Positions 48,826 to 60,800 of a stretch of 64,000 nucleotides of DNA are shown one piece after another. This stretch comes from Balanoglossus misakiensis (taxonomy: Eukaryota; Animalia; Hemichordata). The translations under genes and the position numbers were made by a program. Location: assembly GCA_040954595.2 (NCBI GenBank), contig CM082585.2, positions 9,350,564-9,414,563 of the forward strand, read 5' to 3'. How positions within the stretch are numbered: the stretch's first letter is position 1; every line of letters starts with the position of its first letter. Under the pieces are notes generated by a model that was given only the letters and a program-made list of their open reading frames with translations, was not told the DNA's origin and made no database searches.

Positions 48826-51304
48826 TCACTGGACTACGCATAGATTTTCTCGGCCACCCCTCGATTTAAGCAACTCGGCCACCTCCTGGTGTTTGCGGCT
48901 GACGGCAGCGCTTGTCGGCGTGTTTACGCCGAGCGACGCGTTCCACTTCAAGCCCGGGTCCGCACCTTTATCGAGAAGCATCTCGCAGACGGACAGATGC
49001 CCGTTGTGTGCCGCGTAGTACAGCGGCGTGTGTCGCTCCCCGTCCCGTTGGTCCACCTCGGCGCCGTGGTCCAGAAGCGCCCTCACGGCCAATTCGTGGC
49101 CGTACATCGCAGCGTAGCTCAGCGCGGTCGCACTGGCGAAGTTCTCCGCCGACACCTTGGCCCCGTTTCTGATGAGCAGATCGATGATGTTCGCGTGTCC
49201 GCCCCAGGCAGCGAGATGTATTGGTCCGTTCCGATCCCGCCCGACCGATTGGACATCGGCACCTTCGGCGACCAGTCGCTCGACAATCAAGAACTGTCCA
49301 TTTTCAGCGGCGCAGGCCAGCGGTGTCATGTCGTACTCATCCTTAATATCGATGCAGACTGCGTACTTAATTAGTATCTCCAATATATCTAAATGGCCCT
49401 TTGCGGCCGCCAGCTCCAAAGCAGTGCGTCCGTGTTGGTCGGGCTCGTTTACCTCGGCACCGTTCTCGATCAGAAATTCCACCATGAGTTTCTGTCCCTT
49501 CTCCGTGGCCAGGTGCAGGGCCGACCGTTCGTTTTCGTTGACCGCCTTCACGTACGCGCCGCGTTCAACCAACAGTCTGGCCACACCCAGATGGCCGTAG
49601 CCGGCGGCGTAGTGCAGGGCCTTGGAGCACTGCCGGTTGCCGATGTTCACGTCGGCGCCGTTCTCCAGGAGGATTTCGACCACGTCTCGGTGGCCGTTCC
49701 CGGCGGCGTAATGCAGCGGCGCGCACTGGCTCCGACTGCGCGACTGAACGTCGACTTTGCATCCGTGCTTAATCAGCAACTCCGCGATGTCGGCATGGCC
49801 GAAGTCGGCCGCTGGGTGGAGGGGAGTAAAATCGCAATTTTCCGAATCTCCGATGTCGCAACCCTTGTCCAGGAAAAAGCGAACCACTTCAATATGTCCC
49901 ATCATAGAAGCTATATGGACCGGGGCAAAACCCTTGGAATTCCTAACAAGAAAATCCGCGCCTTTATCCACCAAAAGTTTAACGATTTCTACGTGCCCGG
50001 CGGCAGACGCCATATATAGCGGCGTGTTACCATAGCTACCGGTGACATCGATTTCAACTTCTTTCTCTGATAGAAGTTGTTTGACAGCATCCAAGTCTCC
50101 AAATCGCGCTTTTCGGTGCAACTCACTGAGATGTTCGTCGGCAGCCGACAGGTCGGATATCCGACTGACGACTTTGTTCTTGCCTCGTTTCTCGGCTACC
50201 TGCAGTGCCGTCAGTCCCCCAAACTCGCTCTCCCCCTCGACCACCGCCCGGCAAAGTTCGGGGAAGTCCGAGTAGAAGTACAAGGCGGTGACGAAGTCGG
50301 CAACTCCGCACACGGCGGCTTGTTGGAGTAAATTAAAGCCGTCCTTCCTGACAGAAAAGTCGCGCATCTCTCTCGCGAGTTTGAAAGCTCTGCTTTTGTC
50401 GCCATCTTCGATCGCCTGAAAGATGTCGTCTGCCGCTTCGACTTCCAGGTTGCCCGAGTCAGCACCGGTATTTTCGTCACAGCCTGAAACGATACAGAAT
50501 ATAGTGAAACGAAACAATTGTGTGTGTGCGAGACGGACAGGGATTAGCTGTTTTAATGGACAAACATGTGATCTAGTAGTACCAGTCCCATTTCAATAAT
50601 GTAACAGATGGAACCAGCAAGCTGTCTAACAAAATAAATGACATTCCATATCCAAATATAATACGTGGGGAATTTTCCATGGTTTGTATAGGTATTGGAA
50701 CGTGTCTTGCAGTTTTATTAAAACCTATAACTGCGTGTCAAACAATTCTGTAGCATGGTCATGTGACGTCTTGTGAGTGTCACTATAATATATCCTGTTG
50801 ATTTGGTGATATTGATTTCTGTTTTATAAAATTAAGATGCATTGTATTTTATTTTTTATATAAGCAAGTAGAATTATTACTAAATATAGTACTAAAAAAA
50901 ACGCTCGGTTCGGCCATCAATTATTGACTCATTGCGGGTTCAGGGCGGACAGACCGCTCACGCAAGAACTATATACATGTAGACTATCTGGCAAAACTGT
51001 ATATGATTTAACTTGATGTCAAGTATAATGTCTATATTATATACGACATGCAAAGATTTAACTGTTAATCATACATTTTGCTCTGAAATTTCTCTCTAAG
51101 TCTAAGCTTCGCCTGGCGAATTCACGATTTAATACAGGATCACGGATTCCAGCAGCACTTTGCTGATAAAAATATTGATAGGCTGATATTAAATATTGGT
51201 AGGCTTGAATGGGTTAAAAACAGCCATATGTTTTCACTAACTTTTTAATCAAAATTTCTCGCCCAAACAGTACTACAAGAGAACTCACCGTTTTCAACCG
51301 ACAT
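48826..51304 (-). CDS. Ankyrin-repeat protein (~13-14 repeats) ending in the CaaX motif CVVQ, ~557 aa
   Basis: Exon 51304-51289 (MSVEN-G, GTGAGT donor) joins exon 50483-48826 in frame. Repeats follow GxTPLHxAAxxGHxxxVxxLLxxGADVN. Confidence 0.92.
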
Positions 51305-52469
51305 GATCTGAGCCAGCTAGCCAGTTCACTCTGCCAAACAGCAACTCAGTCGCTTCACTGGCTAATCCTACACGGCAAATTTCGTCATCTACTTTCCCGT
51401 ATACCAATCGCGCTGTGGATAAATATTGCATACGTGTCGTCATGACCTTCGACCCAATGCGGAAATAACCAGATATGAGGGACGGACCGTTTCATATACT
51501 CGGGAGGAAGGCTGCGAACTTTTTTGCGCACAAACATTACTTCCACCGTACCGTGAAAGCAAACTTGCCTTTGCAGTACAACAGAAAACACCATCGCTTC
51601 CAACCAGCCCAAATTTTCTGTTGTAGCTCAATTATATAGGTACGTAGGGCCTACTCAGGGACGCAGCAAGATAGCTGCTGATCGAAAGGCCATGAGCATA
51701 TGTATGATAAATTTGATTTCCAGACGTCTTATTGTTTTAGTTCTTGTGTTAATCTGTGGGATTTTACCCCAATTCATAAACTTTTACATCTATGATCTTA
51801 GAAATTGCACCTGAAAACTAAAGTCAAAATTTGCTTTCGTTTTTTCGACTACAGGTACATAGAGGGCGCTGCATGACAATATGGTTGCCATCGTGCTGGT
51901 GGGCGGCGGCTGCTCTTCCACTATTCTAGCCAATTCATTGGTGATTGCGTGACCTTTGGATCGATTGGTGGACGTCTAAAGCTTTGCTTCTCCCGGACGC
52001 GGATCAAGTCATGCGTACCTACGTGATCTAGTTGTATGGTAGCGATAGCGGATTGATGGTGAGTACATGTACCGTCCGTCGCGTCGTCGCTTCCTCAAGT
52101 TGAGATGTTGAAGTTGGTGTTGATCAAGTTGTTGATGTATACGCAGCTCGAGGTTTTATTTGGTGTAGGGTGGTATGTATGGGAGGTGAAACCACAGTTT
52201 TGCCGCCCAGCCCTAGCACCAGCTGACCAGGCACAACCATTACCAGACTAGTATGCCTACCCCAACAACCTACTGACGGGACAGAGTGTCATGGCAAAGC
52301 CGAAAGTAGCTGTGGTACGCAGCTGTACCGTTGGGGGGGGGGGGGGGGGGGGGGGGGGGGCTGTCCGAGGGGGCCTTACATTAACTTTCCTTGGATGGAT
52401 GGGTGAAACAGATTTGTGAGTGAACTCAATGTGCATTCAGGCCTCCTTGCACAGTTCGGTAGCTGTGCC

Positions 52470-52562
52470 TTAACCCTTTCACCCCCAGTTACCTCTTTAG
52501 AGGTCCAACCGTACCATTGAAAACAATGAGTTTGGACCGAACCACGGTGGTGAAAGGGTTAA
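52470..52562. mobile_element. Very short piggyBac-like MITE
   Basis: TTAA|CCCTTTCACC...GGTGAAAGGG|TTAA; 85-bp element with CCC ends and a TTAA TSD. Confidence 0.75.
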
Positions 52563-53266
52563 AAAGACCTGAGGTTTCCATTTCGAAATGCGAGGTGATT
52601 GCAGGTAAAGAATGAATTCTTTCCAGCTCAGTTTTGGTAAGGGAACAAATGCAAGCCAAGATGAGTTTGAGCAAAATATAGGTACATGTACATGTTATTG
52701 TTATTTATAGGTTTAATTAACATAGCTGGAGGGACAGAAACAGACAAACGCAATGCACTGACCCCCACCACCAACAATAGGACTAGTCCAATGTAGTGCA
52801 ATAAGCCACCTCCCGCTTTCTCACAATATAACGACCTTCAATTGTCAGCATTTCTCTTTCATTCTATCTGATTTGCGTCATCAGGTATTGTTTGCCAGTC
52901 TGATTGGACGCAGAGACCAAAGACGGGCAACTCACAAAAACAGTTGCAAAAAAAAATTTGACGAAAATAGCTGCAGGCTCTTGCAAAGCTCATGAATCAT
53001 TCTGAGTTGACTGTTTCAAAAATAACTCAGCGACATGTATTGTACCAAACAGCAAAGTTCTGAGTACACTGCACATTAACTCAGACCACAGCCCAACCTA
53101 CAGGGAGCAATTCTTCATTGTCTGTTGTGCACTTTTACCATTTCAACCTGAAAATTGATCTAGTTTCTAATTTGACTTTTAGAAAAGAAATCTACTGACT
53201 TCTGCCACTCCAGTTTCTTAATCCAGTTTAATTTCTTTTTTCTTGATTTGTTTCAGGAATTTAGCT

Positions 53267-56200
53267 ATGGCTGCCAGATGCATCACGAAATGGTGTCCCA
53301 GGATCCAATCCATGGCTGTGTTGAGGAATCCAGCAGGTATCTGTAGTGGTCGATATCGGGTCCGACAGACTGCCCCGAAGCTGGGCTCATGTGCAAGTCC
53401 TCTTCCACAGCTTTCTGCAAAGAGTCTTTCTACAAGTACAATAGCTTATCAAAAACTGGTAAGTGATTCAAGTGTTTTAACTATGGTTTGGTCATTTGGG
53501 CATTTTTAGGTAAAAGGGCTCCTTTTCTCAAAAACAATGTAGGACGCTAGTGAAAGGCCATCGATAATTTCACTTGAGTATCTGTTTCCATGTCTTTAGT
53601 GTGTAGATGCATGGTGTTCTGCTCAAATAAACTTCAGTACCAAGCTGTGTAGATAAGCTACAACATATTGCTCTGAAATTGGTTTTACAGTAGACATCGT
53701 GTACGTGTATTGCTATATTTGTTCATTGTTTCTGAGCTGCATACACAAAGGGCATTGATCCATGATATAGGGGTCAAAGGTCACACGTACCTGTGAGCCT
53801 ATCCAAGGTCACCTGCTTCAGTAAAAGTTTGTGGGGTCATAGGTCGGTGATGCACTCTGTGACAGATTTTGTTTTCCTCTTCTGCAGACATCGGCCGAGG
53901 CCAAAACAGACGTTGGTCTGAATGTGACCGAAGATGGTCAGGTGCTCCAGCTGACCTGGCCTGATGGGGAATTGAGCAGGTAAGGTAGAATAAGACATGG
54001 CTTCTGAGGGGCTGTACGTGTATATGTGTGTGGGGGAGTTACATATACAGTGACACCTGTATATAGTGGCCAGTCAAGGGAGTTTCGTTAACTGGCCTTT
54101 ATAAGACAAGTAGCCTTTATCGACAGGTCAATTAATGACCGTTAATTGCACAGGGACTGTAACTAAGTGGCCACTATATAGAGGTGGCCAGTAACACAGG
54201 TTTGACTCTGGTTCATGTAGTGCGATCCTGTGACTGAAACTAAAATCTCTCTTATTAAAGGTTTAACAGCATCTGGTTGAGGCACAACTGCCATTGCTTG
54301 AAGTGCAAGCAGGAACACAGTGGACAGAAGTTGATAGAAACTTCTCGGATTGATCAGGACCCTGTTCTGTCTGATGTGAAAATAGTAGGTAAGTGTTGCC
54401 AAGCTGTGGCAGTATAGTCGAACCTGTCTATAGTGGCCAGTCAATGGACTTTCCTAAATTGGCTTTTATAGACAAGTGGTCTTTATGGATAGGTCAATTA
54501 ATGCACATGTCAATTGTACAGGGACTGTAAAAAAGTTGCCATGACAACCGAGACAAGCCGAGCAGACTGGACATTGTTGCCACAGCAGCAACCACATTGC
54601 ATCTGGCAACGTCTCTTGTTCGCACGTTCTACCCCTCTCAATAATACACTTTCCCTGTCTTGTTCTCAAGATGGCTGCCTTGATGTCACCTGGAGTGGGG
54701 TCGAAGGTCACAGCGGTAAAATCCCTCTCGACTGGCTAAAAATGAACTGTTACTCAGACAGCAGCAGAAGACGACAATCTGAAGAGAGGGCGGTCAAACA
54801 GCTCAAGGTCAGTCTGGTTTTTCTATGGCAACAAGAAACAGTTAAGATTTTCAACAATTGAGGGAAAATTGTAAGGCTGTGGGTTTAATTTAAACTACAT
54901 GATAGTTACTTGAACCAGTAATAAAAAAATCTATCATCCATGCAGGTATTTGAACTCAGTATGTTTGATAGATTTTCAGTACATGTGTACTGCATTTTAT
55001 TTGAGCAAAGATTTCTCTTCCATCTCTAGGGAGGAATATCTCAAGTAACATATGACTACAGGGATATTTCGTCCAGTGAAGAATCTCTATTCAGGTAGGC
55101 GTTCAAAGTCATTTTTGGGCACCCTGAAATTGGGCAGACTCAGATTTGGTCTGCAGCGTACTCCAGTTACCGGTGCTGTACCACTGTAAGCTGTCAAGTC
55201 CTAACCCCCTGCTCTCTCTTTCTCTCTCTGTAGGTGGTTGTGTGATATCAATGATTATGGCCTGACACTGGTCACAGATATTCCCACGGAAGCCAATCAG
55301 GTCGGCAAGGTATTGATTCCTGTTAAGTGTTTTTTGGCCGAGTGAAATTTATGCAAAAGTGGCATCTCCGTCACCGTGCATAAGTAATGATTGATCTACA
55401 AGCCATGCCGTTGGTGAATATGAACAAAATCATTAAAAGAAATGAGAAATACCACACACTTAGTGAAACCGGTAGTTTTGCTTTCTCTGAATGTTTTTGG
55501 TAATTAATATTTTGCTTCACTGCAGGTTGCCCAACTCATAGCGCCAATACAAAGGACTATGTACGGGGAGGTAGGTACCAACCTTTTTAGTGTGAGAAGA
55601 AAGCATTGTCATTTCCATGAAAACTTGTTGAACTTGGATGTTCTCAAGTCTCACCCAGATTGCCAGGGCAGTATTAAATATACATGTATGCTGATTTTCA
55701 AAATACCTCCAGCCCCACTGAACACCTTAACTAAGGAAACATTGCAGACATAACTGTTGCATACTTTATCTTGTCACCTCTGCAGATATATGACGTTGAA
55801 TCCAGTCCGAAGCCAATCAACGTAGCATACTCCACAGCTAAACTGGGCTACCACATGGACCTGGTCTACTACGAGTCACCTCCAGGACTTCAGCTGTTGC
55901 ATTGCATGAGGTCAGCTAACATCAGACTCTGAAACTTTGACGCTTCAAAGGATATGCAGATCTGTTCACTGTTTCGTTTTAGTCTTTTTTTCACACACTC
56001 TTAAGTTTGTTCAGTTCTGCTAGCAATGCATCCTGTCTTTGTGACCACTGTTTAATATTTTAACCATTTTATTTCAATCAGGTTTGACCCAGAGGTCACC
56101 GGTGGGGACAGCCTCTTCCTGGATTCGTTCCTGGTCGCCGAAAAACTCCGAGAGGAATACCCGGAACATTTCGACACCCTGGTCCGCATTCCAGCCACAT

Positions 56201-57583
56201 TCCAGAAAATTCACTTTGACAGGTAACGTCTGAATGAAGAATGGTTTGTGTAAACAACCCTGAATAACAGACCATTTTCCGAACTCCACAATACTCTGTG
56301 ACAGCTCGTGTGGCTGGGCAGTTTATATTGGCGGATGTAACACAGGAAAAAAACACTTGGCCCAATGGCACAAACGTTACAAATTTTGTAAAACCTTCCA
56401 CCAAGGGAAAATTCCAAGTTAAGTTTTTACCACTGCATGTTCATTCTGTTTTCAGGGATTGGCCAGTGTACATGAAATATCAAAGACCGCACATCGTCCT
56501 GAACCCATCTAAGGAAGTAAGTTGTTAATATTTATGGCCAAAACATTACATACAGCTGAAACCTCAGGGGGAAATCCTGAAATTGAACATGGAATTCCCC
56601 TAAGCAAATGTTGCATGCAACTGTATGTTTGATTTGGAAAATTGGGCATACAGACCAAACTCTAATGTGCTCTTGTGGGTTGGTGTGGGAAATTGATCAG
56701 TAGGAGTCCATATGCAACTGATATTGCATGTATGTTTCACAAATGTGATCATAGTGCCTCCAGCGCTATTTTCTGTGTCCTGAATGCTGCAATATTCTCT
56801 TGACAGATTGTCGCTGTGACTTGGGCTCCAGCTTTCGAAGGCTGTTTACATGTACCAGAGGTGAGTTTTGACAAAGTAAAGTTGACTTGAGACTGAAAAC
56901 AACTGCTTGGAATACGGTTCACGTACAGTATAACCTGTCTACACTGAACCCATTCCTATCGGGAAAAATTATTTAAATAACACCCCGCCCCCCTGGGTTT
57001 ATTCCTGTTTGCAGGAAGATGTCAAATCGTACTACGAAGCCTACCATATCTTTGCTCGACTTCTGGAAGAGTCTGAACTGAAGGTGAGGATACTGTGATG
57101 TGAGTTGTATGAATGATCTGTGCGAAGGCCATGATTTGGCCTGTGAATTTATATTTGACAATGTCCTCTTCTTTTGTTATTATAGATACAGCACAGACTG
57201 GAGGCTGGACAGTGTGCGCTTTTCAATAATCGTCGCGTACTGCACGCCAGGGATGAGTTCGTCCTAAATGGTGGCCACAGACATTTACAGGTTTGTGCGT
57301 TACAGTTTTTTGTGTCTATCTGTCTTCCACCATGTTTCCTAATTTGTACATGTATGATATAACACCATTTATATTTGGGCCGAAGACATGCAAGTCATAT
57401 CACACAATGCTAAGTAGTTTCCATTTGTGTTGTCGATTGACTAAGACTCGCTTTATACATTTTTATATTTTCCAGGGTTGCTATGTAAATATCGATGAAT
57501 TCAAAAGCCGGGTGCAGGTCATGATGACAATGAGAGGAACTGGCAGATTGGCCAAGAGAGTTGGAAACCAGTGTTTATTCTAA
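53267..57583 (+). CDS. Gamma-butyrobetaine dioxygenase-like Fe(II)/2-oxoglutarate oxygenase (BBOX/TMLHE family, TauD domain) with a likely mitochondrial presequence, 465 aa
   Basis: 14 exons (53267-53458, 53888-53979, 54261-54388, 54671-54807, 55030-55094, 55234-55309, 55526-55570, 55786-55910, 56082-56222, 56456-56516, 56807-56860, 57015-57083, 57186-57290, 57476-57583) total 1398 nt in frame. N-terminal Zn motif WLRHNCHCLKC. Fe-binding HxD in NVAYST.KLGYHMDLVYYESPPGLQLLHC. C-terminal FNNRRVLHAR..RHLQGCY. Arg/Ser-rich, acid-free N-terminus. Probable non-coding first exon near 52000-52058. Confidence 0.93.
54047..54203. mobile_element. Tc1/mariner(pogo)-type MITE in an intron
   Basis: TA-CAGTGACACCTGT...ACAGGTTTGACTCTG imperfect TIRs, with internal AGTGGCC subrepeats. 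Confidence 0.6.
54413..54540. mobile_element. Truncated second copy of the same MITE family
   Basis: ACCTGTCTATAGTGGCCAGTCAA..TTTATAGACAAGTGG..AGGTCAATTAATG..AATTGTACAGGGACTGTAA is colinear with 54055-54160. Confidence 0.6.
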
Positions 57584-57849
57584 ATCTCTAATTATTCAGG
57601 GGGAACAACACAAATTTTCAAAAGCAACACAGCAGTGCAATAATCTTTTAGATAGAATTCACCATAAGGATAACTTTTCTAAAAAAACAGTGATAGTTAT
57701 CCAAAATTTTTAATTCTTTGCTATATTTAAGGAGAGTGACCAAAAATGGCAAAGATTGCCTGAAAATTACAAGTATGTAACTTGCGATTACTTCATTAAA
57801 CACAATAAGTTTGAAAAGAAATATTGGATTCTGTAGTTATTTTTCTGTA

Positions 57850-60800
57850 ATTTTTGGCATTTTCATGTCATATGCATGGGTTACAGAACATACACGCTCA
57901 AAAAATGACAAATTTTCGACTTTGTGAATTTTGACAGTTTTGGCATTTTCATGTCATATGCATGGGTTATAGCTCATGAAAATTGTCAAAAAATGAAAAT
58001 TCCCGACTTCCTGACTATTGGACATTTGTCATGGGTTATAGCTCATGAAAATCATCCAAAAATGACTATTTTTCGACTTTGCGAAATATCAAAATTTCTT
58101 CATTTTTTTGAAAAAACCAAGGGTTATAGCTCATGAAAATCATTCAAAAATGACGATTTTTCGACTTTGCGAAATATCAAAATTTCTTCATTTTTTTGAA
58201 AAAAACATGGGTTATAGCTCATGAAAATCATCCAAAAATGACGATTTTTCGACTTTGCGAATTTTCAAAATTTGGTCATTTTTTTGAAAAAACCATGGGT
58301 TATAGCTCAGGAAAATGTCGAAAAATCGACGATTTTTCGACTTTGCGTATTTTCAAAATTTGGTCATTTTTTGAAAAAACCATGGGTTATAGCTCAGGAA
58401 AATGTCGAAAAATCGACGATTTTTCGACTTTGCGTATTTTCAAAATTTGGTCATTTTTTGAAAAAACCATGGGTTATAGCTCAGGAAAATGTCGAAAAAT
58501 CGACGATTTTTCGACTTTGCGTATTTTCAAAATTTGGTCATTTTTTGAAAAAACCATGGGTTATAGCTCAGGAAAATGTCGAAAAATCGACGATTTTTCG
58601 ACTTTGCGAATTTTCAAAATTTGGTCATTTTTTGAAAAAACCATGGGTTATAGCTCAGGAAAATGTTGAAAAATCGACGATTTTTCGACTTTGCGAATTT
58701 TCAAAATTTGGTCATTTTTTGAAAAAACCATGGGTTATAGCTCAGGAAAATGTTGAAAAATCGACGATTTTTCGACTTTGCGAATTTTCAAAATTTGGTC
58801 ATTTTTTGAAAAAACCATGGGTTATAGCTCAGGAAAATGTTGAAAAATCGACGATTTTTCGACTTTGCGAATTTTCAAAATTTGGTCATTTTTTGAAAAA
58901 ACCATGGGTTATAGCTCAGGAAAATGTTGAAAAATCGACGATTTTTCGACTTTGCGAATTTTCAAAATTTGGTCATTTTTTGAAAAAACCATGGGTTATA
59001 GCTCAGGAAAATGTTGAAAAATCGACGATTTTTCGACTTTGCGAATTTTCAAAATTTGGTCATTTTTTGAAAAAACCATGGGTTATAGCTCAGGAAAATG
59101 TTGAAAAATCGACGATTTTTCGACTTTGCGAATTTTCAAAATTTGGTCATTTTTTGAAAAAACCATGGGTTATAGCTCAGGAAAATGTTGAAAAATCGAC
59201 GATTTTTCGACTTTGCGAATTTTCAAAATTTGGTCATTTTTTGAAAAAACCATGGGTTATAGCTCAGGAAAATGTTGAAAAATCGACGATTTTTCGACTT
59301 TGCGAATTTTCAAAATTTGGTCATTTTTTGAAAAAACCATGGGTTATAGCTCAGGAAAATGTTGAAAAATCGACGATTTTTCGACTTTGCGAATTTTCAA
59401 AATTTGGTCATTTTTTGAAAAAACCATGGGTTATAGCTCAGGAAAATGTTGAAAAATCGACGATTTTTCGACTTTGCGAATTTTCAAAATTTGGTCATTT
59501 TTTGAAAAAACCATGGGTTATAGCTCAGGAAAATGTTGAAAAATCGACGATTTTTCGACTTTGCGAATTTTCAAAATTTGGTCATTTTTTGAAAAAACCA
59601 TGGGTTATAGCTCAGGAAAATGTTGAAAAATCGACGATTTTTCGACTTTGCGAATTTTCAAAATTTGGTCATTTTTTGAAAAAACCATGGGTTATAGCTC
59701 AGGAAAATGTTGAAAAATCGACGATTTTTCGACTTTGCGAATTTTCAAAATTTGGTCATTTTTTGAAAAAACCATGGGTTATAGCTCAGGAAAATGTTGA
59801 AAAATCGACGATTTTTCGACTTTGCGAATTTTCAAAATTTGGTCATTTTTTGAAAAAACCATGGGTTATAGCTCAGGAAAATGTTGAAAAATCGACGATT
59901 TTTCGACTTTGCGAATTTTCAAAATTTGGTCATTTTTTGAAAAAACCATGGGTTATAGCTCAGGAAAATGTTGAAAAATCGACGATTTTTCGACTTTGCG
60001 AATTTTCAAAATTTGGTCATTTTTTGAAAAAACCATGGGTTATAGCTCAGGAAAATGTTGAAAAATCGACGATTTTTCGACTTTGCGAATTTTCAAAATT
60101 TGGTCATTTTTTGAAAAAACCATGGGTTATAGCTCAGGAAAATGTTGAAAAATCGACGATTTTTCGACTTTGCGAATTTTCAAAATTTGGTCATTTTTTG
60201 AAAAAACCATGGGTTATAGCTCAGGAAAATGTTGAAAAATCGACGATTTTTCGACTTTGCGAATTTTCAAAATTTGGTCATTTTTTGAAAAAACCATGGG
60301 TTATAGCTCAGGAAAATGTTGAAAAATCGACGATTTTTCGACTTTGCGAATTTTCAAAATTTGGTCATTTTTTGAAAAAACCATGGGTTATAGCTCAGGA
60401 AAATGTTGAAAAATCGACGATTTTTCGACTTTGCGAATTTTCAAAATTTGGTCATTTTTTGAAAAAACCATGGGTTATAGCTCAGGAAAATGTTGAAAAA
60501 TCGACGATTTTTCGACTTTGCGTATTTTCAAAATTTGGTCATTTTTTGAAAAAAACCATGGGTTATAGCTCAGGAAAATGTTGAAAAATCGACGATTTTT
60601 CGACTTTGCGAATTTTCAAAATTTGGTCATTTTTTGAAAAAAACCATGGGTTATAGCTCAGGAAAATGTTGAAAAATCGACGATTTTTCGACTTTGCGAA
60701 TTTTCAAAATTTGGTCATTTTTTGAAAAAACCATGGGTTATAGCTCAGGAAAATGTTGAAAAATCGACGATTTTTCGACTTTGCGAATTTTCAAAATTTG

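Noticed and set aside
48647-50331. Several plus-strand ORFs overlapping the ankyrin exon (similarly, antisense ORFs over 46769-47867)
   Set aside because: Shadow ORFs from GC-rich coding sequence on the opposite strand.
52333-52360. Poly-G run (also 44990-45006) as a G-quadruplex
   Set aside because: Homopolymer lengths are unreliable in assemblies and there is no other support.
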